Notes: generated by a model from the sequence alone, not told the origin. A stretch of DNA of 64,000 bases from an uncultured delta proteobacterium (GCA_963695875.1 CAVOID010000010.1:1-64000); one strand, 5' to 3'. Counted from the first letter of the stretch, positions 19,467 to 31,370 are shown. Made by a program: numbers and translations.

Positions 19467-20666
19467 ATGCTGACAGATGCTCAACTTGAAAGATATGCGG
19501 ATGTGCTCATCTGGGCACTGAAAGTTGCAAGAAAGAATCCGTTCAAAAGGAACGATACGATACTCGTTCAGTACAACCCCGCGGCCCTCAGACTGGCGGA
19601 AATCCTGTATGACAGAATACTTGATATGGAGATGAACCCGATTCAGCGGATGGGCCTGACAATAAACATGGAACGGGGTTTTTACGAGAAGGCTAGTAAC
19701 AGACAGCTTGTTTTTCTGACCCCCGGAGACCGGAATCTCTACGGCGGCATCAACGGAAGAATCTTTCTCCATGCGCCGGACGCCCTTACGCACCTGAAAG
19801 ACGTCGATCCCGCGAAAATCGGCAAGGCCCTGGTCGCGAGAAAACCACTCCGGGATATTATGAATAAGCGGGAGGAGAAAGGCCATTATAGCTGGACCCT
19901 CTGCACGCTGCCGACGGATGAGCTGGCAAAACAGGCGAGGATGACGCATGACGAATATGCCCAACAGATTATCAAGGCCTGCTACCTGGATTTTGATGAC
20001 CCCATATCCCAATGGCAGAAAATTCTCACTGAAGTAAGAAATATTAAAAAATGGCTGAACAGCCTCGCCATGAAATCTATTCATATCGAATCCCAGAGCG
20101 TTGATCTCAAGATAACGCCCGGGGCAAAGAGGATATGGATAGGCATTTCGGGGCACAACATACCGAGCTTTGAGATATTTACCTCACCGGATTGGCGGGG
20201 AACAGAAGGCCGCTACTTTGCAAATCTGCCTTCTTTCCGGAGCGGTAATTATGTGGAGGGGGTCCGCCTGATGTTTAAGAAAGGTACGGTGGGCACGGTT
20301 GAGGCCGAGACGGGTGAGGATTTTGCCATCAAGCAGCTTGCCATGGACAGGGGGGCACGCCGTGTCGGTGAGTTTTCTCTTACGGACAAGCGTTTCTCCA
20401 GGATCGACCGCTTCATGGCCGATACGCTGTTCGATGAAAATCACGGCGGGGAATACGGAAATTGTCATGTTGCCCTTGGATCTTCCTACACCGTTACGTA
20501 CGATGGAAATCCTTCAAAACTTACGAAGGAAAAGAAGAAAAAAATGGGTTTCAATGACTCAGCCCTCCACTGGGACCTCGTCAATACGGAAGATAAGACG
20601 GTAACGGCCCATCTGACCTCGGGAAAAAAGATTGTGATCTATGAGAACGGCATGTTTAAGTACTGA
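19467..20666 (+). CDS. Aminopeptidase, M29 family
   Basis: NIPSFEIFTSPD, GEFSL, TLFDEN, HVALG, SALHWD. Confidence 0.92.
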   Translation: MLTDAQLERYADVLIWALKVARKNPFKRNDTILVQYNPAALRLAEILYDRILDMEMNPIQRMGLTINMERGFYEKASNRQLVFLTPGDRNLYGGINGRIFLHAPDALTHLKDVDPAKIGKALVARKPLRDIMNKREEKGHYSWTLCTLPTDELAKQARMTHDEYAQQIIKACYLDFDDPISQWQKILTEVRNIKKWLNSLAMKSIHIESQSVDLKITPGAKRIWIGISGHNIPSFEIFTSPDWRGTEGRYFANLPSFRSGNYVEGVRLMFKKGTVGTVEAETGEDFAIKQLAMDRGARRVGEFSLTDKRFSRIDRFMADTLFDENHGGEYGNCHVALGSSYTVTYDGNPSKLTKEKKKKMGFNDSALHWDLVNTEDKTVTAHLTSGKKIVIYENGMFKY

Positions 20667-21246
20667 GCTGTATCAGATTCACCTTATTCTTCAGTGGCTT
20701 CTTCCTATAGTCACTCGGCCTTTCATATGTAATGCCCTGGGACCATATTCCGCGCTGTTTCGCCTTTGCTTCTATTTCAGCCTCCAGAAACTGGTGCCGG
20801 TACTGCTGATCTTCCAGATAATCGACATAGGCTTCAGCCATGCCTGCCTTAATCATTTCCAGATTTACATTTTTCTCCCCCGCCCAAACAATAGAGACCA
20901 TCCTCTTGTGACGGTCTATCTCTATCTCCATGACTTCCAGGCGAACATCCTTGCCGAATACCATGGAGGAGAGAAAAGATTTCGCCTCACTTCCAAATGG
21001 CTGTCCCGGCTTAATTATTCGCCGCGTCTTACGGTTTATTTTATTCAACTCAGGAGCATCGGTTCCGTAAAGGCGGACCTTCAGTGTTTTGCGATCTCTC
21101 GTTTTCACTATGACGTTGTTCCCGTCAAAGACCCTGGAAACAAAACCTTTAACTGTTTGAAGAGGCGTGCCGGCGATTGCCGGAGGTGTGATGAACAAGG
21201 CGAGCAATAACGCAAGCATGATCGCGGATATCTTGGCAATCCTCAT
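20656..21246 (-). CDS. Secreted thermonuclease (SNase) family protein
   Basis: VRLYGTDAPE..QPFG..DRHKR..VNLEMIKAGMA..AKAKQRGIW. Confidence 0.9.
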   Translation of the reverse strand: MRIAKISAIMLALLLALFITPPAIAGTPLQTVKGFVSRVFDGNNVIVKTRDRKTLKVRLYGTDAPELNKINRKTRRIIKPGQPFGSEAKSFLSSMVFGKDVRLEVMEIEIDRHKRMVSIVWAGEKNVNLEMIKAGMAEAYVDYLEDQQYRHQFLEAEIEAKAKQRGIWSQGITYERPSDYRKKPLKNKVNLIQLST

Positions 21247-21284
21247 GCCCCCGTGGGCAGCACCACGAAGCATAAAGAAGATAT

Positions 21285-21340
21285 TGTCATGGTGAGCGTG
21301 TCGAAACATAACGTCACCCTTCGACTGGCTCAGGGTGACA
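21285..21340. repeat. Palindromic REP-like repeat
   Basis: TGTCATGGTGAGCGTGTCGAA..GTCACCCTTCGACTGGCTCAGGGTGACA. Confidence 0.7.
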
Positions 21341-21365
21341 TTTATTTTCGTATTAATATGTTTAC

Positions 21366-21932
21366 TCACAGATATTCCTGTGTACGAACATTTTTATGGA
21401 TAATAATTTGTGGCGGGTAATTAGTCAAGATAAAGAACTTTTTGATTAGAGTCCTGACGCCATCCGTCCTTTGTTGCTCTTCTTCGGGAAATTTAAACAC
21501 GTGGAGGGATATCTCGATCTTTTTCAGCAACTCCGTACCGAGAGAGTTACTGATATTATTGTATAACTTCTTGAATATTTTTTCTATCGTAGCATTATCG
21601 ACAGAACTCATTTCTGTAAAAATGGCGCCCATGATCTTGCTATGTTCATACCATCCCCTGATATCCGTTTCCCTTGAAGAAGAATCAAGGGCTTCCTTGA
21701 TTCGCTCAAGCAAGTAGCTGCTGTACTGTCTGGTTTGCAGTCCTGAGAGGTTAATTAACATGAGAAGGAATGGCTTCCCGGAGCGCCCGGTCCGTTTTCG
21801 CTCCATGCGGAGCATATGGCGAAAGTGGGACGTACAGTAAAATGTATCGTCATCTTGAACAAACAATTCTGTAGATATTTTTGGCTGCTTCATCAGGAAG
21901 CTGGATAACTTTCTGCCGTTCAATGCCGGCAT
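21366..21932 (-). CDS. Stand-alone degenerate GGDEF-like domain resembling the N-terminus of some priming sugar transferases
   Basis: LRMERKRTGRSGKPFLLMLI..RETDIRGWY..GAIFTE. Confidence 0.6.
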   Translation of the reverse strand: MPALNGRKLSSFLMKQPKISTELFVQDDDTFYCTSHFRHMLRMERKRTGRSGKPFLLMLINLSGLQTRQYSSYLLERIKEALDSSSRETDIRGWYEHSKIMGAIFTEMSSVDNATIEKIFKKLYNNISNSLGTELLKKIEISLHVFKFPEEEQQRTDGVRTLIKKFFILTNYPPQIIIHKNVRTQEYL

Positions 21933-22160
21933 GTTATTTTGTTTGTAGAATTCGCATCCAGAATAACTGGCGCATCTATTTCGATTTTGGTAAATTAGTA
22001 AGTACGTTTGACCTTGGAGATAGTATTTACTATATAACAATATATTACAAGAGTAAAATATTTTTACGAATAAAATATTTTTACATTTAGTCTCATACCT
22101 GATTGTTATACTAGCTGTAGCAAAAATGTATAACATTATAATACCACAAGGAGGATAAAT

Positions 22161-22667
22161 ATGGAAGGAAAAAGAGTCAGAGAAAGCAGTGCCGTCATGG
22201 CCCAGCAGATGAACCCTCAGGATGCAAATCCTGCCGGGAATGTCCATGGCGGGGTTATAATGAAACTCATTGATACCGCGGCGGGAGCCGTAGCAATGAG
22301 GCACGCGAGGTCCAATGTGGTCACTGCTTCAATAGACCGTCTGGACTTCCATAACCCTGTTTTCGTTGGAGATTTCGTAACCATAAGAGCCAGCCTGAAC
22401 CTCGTAGGCAGGACATCCATGGAAGTGGGTGTCCGGGTGGAGTCCGAAAATCTAATCACCGGCGAGAGACGCCATACGGGGTCTGCCTATTTGACCTACG
22501 TGGCCCTTGACAGAGATGGACGGCCTAAACCTTTGCTACCGCTGATGTTGGAGTCAGACGATGAAAAAAGGCGAAACCGGGAGGCTAAATCCAGGCGGCA
22601 GACACGTCTCGCAGAAAAAACTCAGGAAAAGGCGTGCCAGCTCGATCCCGATAGCTGTGACTTTTAA
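22161..22667 (+). CDS. Acyl-CoA thioesterase (hotdog fold)
   Basis: DANPAGNVHGG..VVTAS..GRTSMEVGV. Confidence 0.92.
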   Translation: MEGKRVRESSAVMAQQMNPQDANPAGNVHGGVIMKLIDTAAGAVAMRHARSNVVTASIDRLDFHNPVFVGDFVTIRASLNLVGRTSMEVGVRVESENLITGERRHTGSAYLTYVALDRDGRPKPLLPLMLESDDEKRRNREAKSRRQTRLAEKTQEKACQLDPDSCDF

Positions 22668-22802
22668 AGATGACGGGTAAAAGTTGATATAAATTTGACT
22701 AACCGGGGAAATTGGGATAGCGTCTTTTTTCAAATTTGGCGGCTGGAATCCTTTATCCGCCCTTTTCATCTGCTAAGGATAGAACCCTCTTATCGATAAT
22801 TT

Positions 22803-23996
22803 ATGAAAATTTTTAATCGAGAAAATCTCTTCCGTTTGATCCTTGTGATCGCCGGACTTGCTCTTGCATTAGTGATCGGCGAGTTTGGGCTCCGGACCTA
22901 CTACTCTATTAAAGACAAAGACCATAAGTATTGCGTCTGGCCCCCCAATTTACACAAGGTCTCCCGGCCGATACCCGGAACGATGCCCGGTGTAGACGGC
23001 ACAGCTCGTTTTGACGTCAATTCCGACGGCATGCGGGGGGATGAGCTTACTCCGGATCAACAATACAGGATATTAGCCATCGGCGGAAGCACCACGGAAT
23101 GTCTCTTTCTTGACCAGGAAAAATCCTGGCCATACGCGCTTCAGAATAAATTAAACGGCCTGCACCTGTCTAAAGTCTGGGTGGGCAATGTGGGCAAATC
23201 CGGCCTCAATACAAGAGAACATTTCATGCACGCAAAATATCTTTTGCCGCAGTATCAGGGAATTGATGTGGTCCTCATATTAGCCGGCTGCAACGATCTG
23301 CTACGAAGGCTTATCGAAGACAAGGATTACGATCCCTATTACCTGGACCATTACGATTACTGGGAGCAGAGGCTTATCAGGGGAGCCTTTTCAGAAACGC
23401 CGTATAGAAAAGGCAAATATAGATTTCACAGCGGCTATTATGATGAACTGGCCATCGGAAGTCTTGTCAAGCAGGTTATGGTTATATATTCCAGACGTGA
23501 CATGGTCCAGGATGAAACGGGTAACCTGTTTGTTAATTTGAGGAATCTCCGCAAGGGGGCGACAGCGTTCGTGGAAAATCTGCCGGATCTGACCTCCGGG
23601 CTGGAAGAATATAAAAGGAATCTCAATGCCATAATTGATATTGCCCAGTCCCGCTCCATCCGGATTATCTTTTTGACGCAGCCCTCATTGTGGAAAGAGA
23701 ACATGACCAAAAAGGAGAAAGATCTTCTCTGGTGCGGATGGATCGAAAGCTCAAAATCGAAGAGGTACTATTCGGAAACAGCGCTTATGAGAGGGATGCA
23801 AGCCTACAATAACACTCTGCTTGAGGTGTGCAAGGCTCGCGGCGTGGAATGCATCGACCTGGCAGGCATTTTACCGAAGAGCGACACAATATTTTACGAT
23901 GATGTTCACTTCAGCGATAAGGGATCGCTGATGACGGCGGATGTTGTTTTTGAGTATTTAAGCAAGAAAAAACCTTTTACGAAATCTGCAAATTAA
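22803..23996 (+). CDS. SGNH/GDSL hydrolase family protein
   Basis: AIGGSTT, GCND, DDVH; N-terminal TM helix. Confidence 0.85.
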   Translation: MKIFNRENLFRLILVIAGLALALVIGEFGLRTYYSIKDKDHKYCVWPPNLHKVSRPIPGTMPGVDGTARFDVNSDGMRGDELTPDQQYRILAIGGSTTECLFLDQEKSWPYALQNKLNGLHLSKVWVGNVGKSGLNTREHFMHAKYLLPQYQGIDVVLILAGCNDLLRRLIEDKDYDPYYLDHYDYWEQRLIRGAFSETPYRKGKYRFHSGYYDELAIGSLVKQVMVIYSRRDMVQDETGNLFVNLRNLRKGATAFVENLPDLTSGLEEYKRNLNAIIDIAQSRSIRIIFLTQPSLWKENMTKKEKDLLWCGWIESSKSKRYYSETALMRGMQAYNNTLLEVCKARGVECIDLAGILPKSDTIFYDDVHFSDKGSLMTADVVFEYLSKKKPFTKSAN

Positions 23997-24216
23997 CATT
24001 CATGGCACACCCGTACCCCTAGCCACCGGATGGGTACGGTAGTAATAAGCTACCTGTGAAAAGAAGTACAAAAGATATGACCCGGCATTTGCCTGTTTGT
24101 GATAATTCGTTTTACATTCATCATAAATTCTGATATTTTATGAATGACGTCTGCCACGTAGCACCATATTTCCCCTTCTTATCTGACTAAATGAAAGTAA
24201 CAAGGAATACCTTCCG

Positions 24217-25860
24217 ATGTACGTCAATTACTATGGCTTCCGGGAAAAGCCTTTTAACCTGACACCAGACCCCCGCTTTGTCTTCCTGAGCAAGAATCAC
24301 AGGGAAGCCTTTGCACACCTTCTGTATGGTATCAATAACCGCACGGGATTCATTGCCCTGACGGGGGAGGTGGGATCGGGGAAAACAACGGTCCTCCGTT
24401 CACTTTTAAGCCAGCTTGACGCGGAACATTACCGTACGGCCTTGATCTTCAATCCCTGCCTTTCGCCATCCGAGCTTCTTCAGAGCATAAACCGGGAATT
24501 CGGCATACCGTCCCGCACCTCCAATATCTCTGACCTTCTGGATGCCCTCAACACATTTCTCCTCCAGCAGAAGGCAGAGGGACGCATAGTCGTCCTTGCC
24601 ATAGATGAAGTGCAAAATCTGGAAACAAAGGTCCTCGAACAGATCAGGCTGATCTCAAACCTGGAGACAGACAGGGAAAAACTGATACAGATTGTCCTTT
24701 CGGGACAGCCGGAGTTTGTGCAGATTCTGAAGAAGAAGGAAATGCGGCAGCTCAGCCAGAGGATCACCGTCCAATATCATCTAAAGCCCTTGGATTTTGA
24801 GGATACCGTCCGGTACATCGACCACCGGCTCGAAGTGGCAGGCGGAAAAGGCGGGGGCATCTTTACGAGGACGGCATTGAAACGAATATACAGATATTCA
24901 CGGGGGCTCCCAAGACTCATCAACGCGGCCTGCGACAGGGCACTCCTGGCCGGCTACACAAAAGACAAGGCAGTCATAAACCCCCGGATCGCTTCAGCGG
25001 GAATTAAAGACATGCGAACGAATGCGGCGCCCGATTCACGAAAACGACGCCTGATGATTATACCTGCATCTGTCATGATTGTGGTTATCCTTGCGGTGGG
25101 TATCTATTTTACATGGCATGATATTCTCGAGCGTTTCAATGCCGCGCAGAAGATAGAGGCTAAGGAAGAGCAGCCGAAAATAGACCCTGTCGTAACCGGT
25201 GAAGAACTCTACCGCGCCATGGCTGTCGAACTGGGTAAAGTTCCGTATTCAGAGAGCATCAGAAGGGCTTTTAATAATCTGGCTAGCTTCTGGAATGTTT
25301 CGCCCGTCCCCGAAGGCGTTGATTTGAGCAAGCCGAATAAATTGGGGCGTGCCGCTCTGGACCGGGAACTACGCCTGTACATATTTTCCGGTAACCTGGG
25401 CACCTTGCTTCGCACAGATTATCCGGCAGTACTCGAATTGACCATGCCGGGTATATCGGAGAAACGCTTCATTTCCCTGGTGGGTATGGAAAATGATCAG
25501 ATCCTTATCGACCCACCTGTCGCGGGAAGGAGATCCCTTTCATTCAGTGAACTCGAAAAGTACTGGTCCGGCCAGGGCTTCCTTCTGTGGAAGGACCCCC
25601 TGAATCTCCTGTCGCGCACATCTCCCGGGTCAAAAGGGGAAAAAATCAAGCGGCTTCAGGATGTTCTTAAAAAGGCGGGAACCTACAGCAGCCCGTTGAC
25701 TGGTGTTTATGACAGAAATACCCGTTTGGCCGTCAGGAACTTTCAGTCGTCAAACGGAATTGGACAGGACGGCATCGCAGGTGCTCAAACATTGATGTTC
25801 CTGTGTCGTTACGTCGATAGCTTTGAAACACCCAGACTCTCTACGGCAGGTCGGAAATGA
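24217..25860 (+). CDS. exeA: ExeA/GspA-family AAA ATPase with peptidoglycan-binding domain
   Basis: PFNLTPDP, GEVGSGKT, GLPRLIN; C-terminal AVRNFQ..DGIAGAQT. Confidence 0.9.
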   Translation: MYVNYYGFREKPFNLTPDPRFVFLSKNHREAFAHLLYGINNRTGFIALTGEVGSGKTTVLRSLLSQLDAEHYRTALIFNPCLSPSELLQSINREFGIPSRTSNISDLLDALNTFLLQQKAEGRIVVLAIDEVQNLETKVLEQIRLISNLETDREKLIQIVLSGQPEFVQILKKKEMRQLSQRITVQYHLKPLDFEDTVRYIDHRLEVAGGKGGGIFTRTALKRIYRYSRGLPRLINAACDRALLAGYTKDKAVINPRIASAGIKDMRTNAAPDSRKRRLMIIPASVMIVVILAVGIYFTWHDILERFNAAQKIEAKEEQPKIDPVVTGEELYRAMAVELGKVPYSESIRRAFNNLASFWNVSPVPEGVDLSKPNKLGRAALDRELRLYIFSGNLGTLLRTDYPAVLELTMPGISEKRFISLVGMENDQILIDPPVAGRRSLSFSELEKYWSGQGFLLWKDPLNLLSRTSPGSKGEKIKRLQDVLKKAGTYSSPLTGVYDRNTRLAVRNFQSSNGIGQDGIAGAQTLMFLCRYVDSFETPRLSTAGRK

Positions 25861-26519
25861 GCCTGATACTTGACGCCTTGAAAAAACTTGATCGTGAAAA
25901 GTCTTCCCGCCGGAATGGAACGGCCAATATTGCCGTGGATATTCTCAGGTCTGATTTGCCCCGTTCCGGGAAAAGAATTTTGATATATTGCACCGCTATC
26001 TTCTTCACAGCTGTCATTGCCGCCGGCATCACCTATGTCGTTATGGCACAGTTCGGCTATCTGCCGAAATCATCGTCCCCCGCCCCTGTGAATCCTCCCG
26101 CACCAAGTCATCAAGTCGCAGTTGCACCCCTACCCCCTGAACCGGTTCGTGATGCCCCGGGAGGAACCAGCCAGGCGCCGCTGAAAATGGAGAACCAAGT
26201 TGAAAGCAAAGGACCCGCAGCCTCCGTTAATGAGAAAAAAGCGAGCAGGCATGTCATTGCTGAAGAGGCAGATACCGCTCCCGGAAATGTAAAAAAATCC
26301 GATAGACACGTTTTAAGAGAACCTGCCACGACTGCACCGTCGCTGAAATTATCAGGAATTATCTGGCATGAAGAACCCAAAGAGCGGCGTGCCATGATAA
26401 ACGGTACAATCGCCACCGAGGGGTCCGTCATCGAAGGGGTGAAAGTTGTCGAGATCCACCCCAACAAAGTGCGCTTCTCATATAACGGCCAGCCTTACGA
26501 AATCTCCATGGGCAAGTAG
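25857..26519 (+). CDS. exeB: General secretion pathway protein GspB/ExeB
   Basis: MSLILDALKK, TM helix, Pro-rich linker, LKLSGIIW..AMING; ATGA-coupled to exeA. Confidence 0.85.
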   Translation: MSLILDALKKLDREKSSRRNGTANIAVDILRSDLPRSGKRILIYCTAIFFTAVIAAGITYVVMAQFGYLPKSSSPAPVNPPAPSHQVAVAPLPPEPVRDAPGGTSQAPLKMENQVESKGPAASVNEKKASRHVIAEEADTAPGNVKKSDRHVLREPATTAPSLKLSGIIWHEEPKERRAMINGTIATEGSVIEGVKVVEIHPNKVRFSYNGQPYEISMGK

Positions 26520-26542
26520 ATTTAAGGTAATGTCTGACCAAA

Positions 26543-27232
26543 TCAATTAATCGATATCAACTCAATATCGAAAATAAGGGTAGCGTTGGGTCCTATGATG
26601 TTTCCCGCGCCCCGCTCGCCATACGCGAGATTGGAAGGGATAAAGAGCTGCCATGTTGATCCGACTTTCATAAGCTGAAGGGCCTCGGTCCACCCTGGAA
26701 TCACACCGCTTACCGGAAACTTTGCCGGCTGTCCCCTTCTGTAGGAGCTGTCAAACTCTGTGCCGTCTATCAGGGTGCCGCGGTAGTTGGTGGTTACGGC
26801 ATCCGTTAATTTAGGCGTCTGTCCAGTGCCTTCTTTGATAACCTTGTACTGCAAGCCGCTGGGCAGTGTCTTCACGCCATCCTTTTTCTTGTTCGCGGCA
26901 AGAAAGGTTTCGCCCTCCTTCTTATTCTTCTCCGCTACGGCCTTCACCTTCACCGCCTGCTTTTCCGCCATCTCTTTTTGAAAGGCAGTCATTACCTGGC
27001 GCATCTCCTCATCCGGCATTGCCATTTTGGCCCCCGTCATACCGTCTTTCAGCCCCTTTGCAAATATATCCGGATCTATCTCCAGGGACTCCTGTTGCAT
27101 ACCCTTACCTACATTGACACCGATAGCGTAACTGACCTTGTCTTTCTTGGTTTTCAATGCTACTCCCTCTGCGGCCCAAATCTGTCCCGCGAACAGGAAA
27201 ACAGATGCCATTATTGCCAATGCTGATCTCAT
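26543..27232 (-). CDS. FKBP-type peptidyl-prolyl isomerase (Mip/FklB-like)
   Basis: SGLQYKV, GTEFDSS, VIPGWTEAL, IPSNLAYG. Confidence 0.95.
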   Translation of the reverse strand: MRSALAIMASVFLFAGQIWAAEGVALKTKKDKVSYAIGVNVGKGMQQESLEIDPDIFAKGLKDGMTGAKMAMPDEEMRQVMTAFQKEMAEKQAVKVKAVAEKNKKEGETFLAANKKKDGVKTLPSGLQYKVIKEGTGQTPKLTDAVTTNYRGTLIDGTEFDSSYRRGQPAKFPVSGVIPGWTEALQLMKVGSTWQLFIPSNLAYGERGAGNIIGPNATLIFDIELISIN

Positions 27233-27372
27233 AGAACCTCCTTCTCACGATCTTTATTCGTACAACAACATCACTAGCGTTATCATTTATCACTTTCCCA
27301 CATCGCATGTCAACTACTTGCGCGAAGCCATCTTGACAAGGGTTCGAGAAGGCAAGATAAGTCCGCACTCTC

Positions 27373-28042
27373 TCATCTCCTGACTGAATCATTTATAAAT
27401 AGATCAGCGATAAAAGACCACTGAGTTTTTGGATCTGAAGAAATTTTTTCGATCATTGCTTCGAAATCTTTCCACATAATTTCGTTGATTATTTCATAAC
27501 TATGTCCCCAGAAGGAAAAAACGCTGTCACTATTCCTCGCGTCGTTAAACCTGCGCCAGAAATCGGGAGAAAGAAAATGACAACTGAAATTAAATTCGAG
27601 GGGATCATACGGCGGGAAGACGTTCTCTCCATCCCGGCCACCCCGCGCCCAGATATATCCGGCAGACCTGATTGAAGCTTTTACAAAGTCATTATACGCG
27701 TTAAAGGGATAACAGAATCCAAGAACGGGTTCTTTGAAAATGCTCTGGAGAATCTCACGACTAGCCCTTACTTCCCAATCCAACCGGTCAGCTGAAAGTT
27801 CAGTCAGATATGGATGGGTCATGGAATGACTGCAAACCTCAAACCCATCGTATACACTGGACAGCTCATTGATACCAAGGCGCCATACCTCTCTGCTGCC
27901 GTGAATCCACCCGAATGACCTTTCCTCACGATATAGTCCCGGATTGAGGCAGAATGTGGCCTCCGGCATTATAACGGCGCAGGATGTCCGACAGACGGAT
28001 ATCATCAACAATCCCATCATCCCAGCATTGAATCACTTTCAT
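27373..28042 (-). CDS. Polysaccharide deacetylase family protein (frameshift near 27960)
   Basis: MKVIQCWDDG..ATFCLN..SHSMTHP..FCYPF..WGHSYE. Confidence 0.85.
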
Positions 28043-28105
28043 CCATAGGTCCCCTGTTATCAGATTAGCAGGATAATTGATAACTGACTTGACGGATATT
28101 GTCAA

Positions 28106-28222
28106 TTGAAGCTCTCCGCAGTAAACTGCGGAGAATCTTTGATCCACAAGGAATAATAATGCTCCCCATTCGTTCGCTTACCCCGCAGCAAGCGAAGGTG
28201 TTTGCGCTCGCTGCCGGATTCA
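28106..28222. mobile_element. 117-bp non-autonomous repeat (MITE-like), copy 2
   Basis: Near-identical to 14966-15082. Confidence 0.8.
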
Positions 28223-28349
28223 GTCTCAATAGGGGTAGGCATCACGAAGAAAAAATGCTAAATTTAATCATTCCTTGCGAAAGAAACAAATAAGGTTAAT
28301 AAATGTTTCCCGGAAGGTTCAATAATCGGATGCCGCGAGGTCTGCTGAT

Positions 28350-29686
28350 ATGATGCATGGCAAGAGAAGAGTAATTGTGGTTGGCGGAGGAGCGGGAGGC
28401 ATGATGGCCGCCGGCAGGGCCGCTGAACTGGGCGCACAGGTAATTCTCCTCGAAAAGACCCGGCGATTGGGCCAGAAAATTCTCATAAGCGGGAAGACGC
28501 GCTGCAACCTGACAAATGCCAGGGACCTGGAAGATTTTATCTCCATGTACGGCCCGAACGGCCGCTTTCTGTACAGGGCATTTCAAGCACTTCTTTCGCG
28601 AAGACTTGATCGCCTTTTTAAAGCGCTACGATGTGGAGACGAAAACCGAACGGGGAGGGAGGATCTTCCCGGTTTCCGATGATGCCGAAGACGTTGTCAG
28701 TGCATTCCGGAAATACCTGTTGATCACGGTGTATGGATAATAACAAATGCCAGGGTTACAAAATTCAGGTCAGCCACAAACAGGTAACGGGTGTACAGAC
28801 AGAGGATGGCAGCTACCCGGCCGACGCCGTTATCCTGGCCACAGGCGGCAAGACCTATCCGGCAACAGGCTCCACCGGGGATGGCTATACGATGGCCGCC
28901 GCCGTCGGTCATACCATAATCAAACTCCGCCCGGCGTCAGTCCCTCTCATCGTTGAAGAAATTCCAATCGCAAAGTCCATGCAGGGAGTAAGCCTAAGAA
29001 ACGTCCGCCTGACAGCCTTTCAGTGCCGGGCGGATAAAATTGACCCTTCTTTGACACCGGATAGTGACACAGGCCGCGGCACGGACAAAAAACGACCGCC
29101 CCGGACGGTTATTGAAAGTCGCATGGGAGAGATGATGATCACCCACTTCGGTATCGGCGGGCCGATTACGCTCCTCATGAGCCTGGCCGTTGTTGATGCA
29201 CTGGATGAGGGACCGGTCAGTGTTTCCATAGATCTCAAACCCGCCCTCGACAGGGAACAGCTCCGACGAAGACTCCAGCGGGATTTCGACCGGTTCAGCG
29301 GGAAGAAGTATGGCAGTATCCTGAAGGGACTCCTTCCCGCCAAGATGATTGAGCCTTTTATAGAAATGACGGGCATCGCGCGGGACAAACCAGGACACCA
29401 GATCAACGCCCTGGAACGAGAAAGACTTATCGATCATCTCAAGTCTCTTCGCTTCAATATTAAACGGCCCCTGCCCATGTCGTCCGCCATTGTAACGGCG
29501 GGCGGCGTATCCCTGAAAGAAATCGACCCGCGGACGATGGCCTCACGCGTAGTTAAAGGTCTCTACTTTTGTGGGGAAGTGATGGATATCGATGCAGATA
29601 CGGGAGGCTACAACCTTCAGGCCGCCTTTTCGACGGGTTATCTCGCCGGCGAACAGGCCGCAATGTATGTCTCTTCCGAAACCTGA
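28350..29686 (+). CDS. HI0933/YhiN-family flavoprotein (frameshifts near 28585 and 28725)
   Basis: GGGAGG..SGKTRCNLTN; ATGGKTYPATGSTGDGY; TAGGV; TGGYNLQAAF. Confidence 0.88.
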
Positions 29687-29695
29687 CAACACATC

Positions 29696-31357
29696 CTACT
29701 TCGGAATCCCCGCCGCCAAATATGCGCCGTTCACAATCTCCATGGCTTCTTTCTCAATCATGCGCAGATGATCCTCACCCAGGAAGCTCTCCGCATAGAT
29801 CTTGTAAATGTCTTCCGTGCCCGACGGACGGGCCGCAAACCACCCGTTCGCGGCAACGACTTTGAGTCCTCCGATATCGGCATTGTTGCCGGGCGCGCGG
29901 GTGAACGCGGCAAGGATAGGCTCACCGGCGAGCTCCTTCGCGGTAATCATCTCGGGGGAAAGTCTTTTGAGCACCGCCTTCTGCTCAGGCGTGGCCGGGG
30001 CATCGATACGCACATAGAAGGACCTGCCGAATCGTTCTTCGAGATCCCGGTAGAGCACGGCCGGGTCTTTGCCGGTTTTTGCCGTAATCTCGCAGGCGAG
30101 CAGATCCATGATGATGCCGTCTTTGTCCGTCGTCCATACCGTGCCGTCCCTTCTCAGAAAAGAAGCCCCGGCGCTTTCCTCTCCGCCAAAACCGAAGGAG
30201 CCGTCAAGGAGGCCGTCCACAAACCATTTGAAACCCACGGGAACCTCGCAAAGCCGCCTCCCGAGGCTCTGCAGCCACACGGTCGATCATGGACGTGGAG
30301 ACCAGCGTTTTTCCCACCGCCGCATCCTTTCTCCACCCCGGCCGATTCCGGAAGAGGTACTGGACCGCGGCGGACAGGTAATGGTTGGGATTCATCAGCC
30401 CCGCGCCCCGGGTGACGATGCCGTGGCGGTCGACGTCCGTGTCGTTGCCGAAGGCGATATCAAAATTGTCCTTCAACCGGATCAGGCCTTCCATGGCATA
30501 GGGCGAGGAGCAGTCCATCCGGATCTTGCCGTCCTTGTCCACGGTCATGAAGGAAAAAGTCGGGTCGACGATCCGGTTCACCACCTCAAGGGAAAGTCCG
30601 TAGCGGTCGGCGATGGGGTCCCAGAAGTCCACGGCCGCCCCGCCGAGAGGGTCGACGCCGATTCTGAGTCCCGCTTCCGCAATCGCTTCCATGTCGATGA
30701 CGTTCTGAAGATCTTCCACATAGGGCGTTACATAATCGTATTCATGGATCGCATCCCGTTTTCAGCGCCCTTTCAAAGGGCATCCTGCGTATGTTCTTGA
30801 GTCCCCGCGCAAGGATCGCATTTGCCCTCTCTTCAATGATCCGGGTTGTTTCCGTGTCCGCGGGACCGCCTTCGGGAGGGTTGTACTTGAATCCGCCATC
30901 CTCCGGCGGGTTATGGGAAGGGGTGATGACAACGCCGTCGGCAAATCCGCTTTTCCTGCCCCGGTTATACGTCAGGATCGCATGGGATATGACCGGTGTG
31001 GGCGTGTACCGGAGACCCTTCTGGATCATCACCGTGACCCGGTGGGCAGCGAAGACCTCGATGGCGGTGGCCAATGCCGCTTCGGACAGGGCATGGGTAT
31101 CCATGCCCATGAAGAGCGGGCCGCTGATCTTTTTTGATTTCCTGTATTCGCAGATGGCCTGGCTTATGGCCAGGATATGGTCCCTCGTTGAAGCTGTTTC
31201 TGAGAGACGATCCCCTGTGGCCCGAGGTTCCGAAAGCGACCCGCTGAGCGGGATCGGAAGCGTCAGGCTTATGGGTGTAATAGGCAGAGATAAGCCTCGG
31301 AATATTGGCTAGAATTGATCTCGGAGCCGGCTTTCCGGCAAGTTCGTGGACTCCCAT
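29696..31357 (-). CDS. pgm: Phosphoglucomutase (about three frameshifts)
   Basis: [37 protein letters not shown]. Confidence 0.93.
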
Positions 31358-31370
31358 TTCTTCTCCTGGG

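Noticed and set aside
24217..26519. exeAB without other type II secretion genes as a novel system
   Set aside because: exeAB/gspAB are known to be encoded apart from the main gsp operon.
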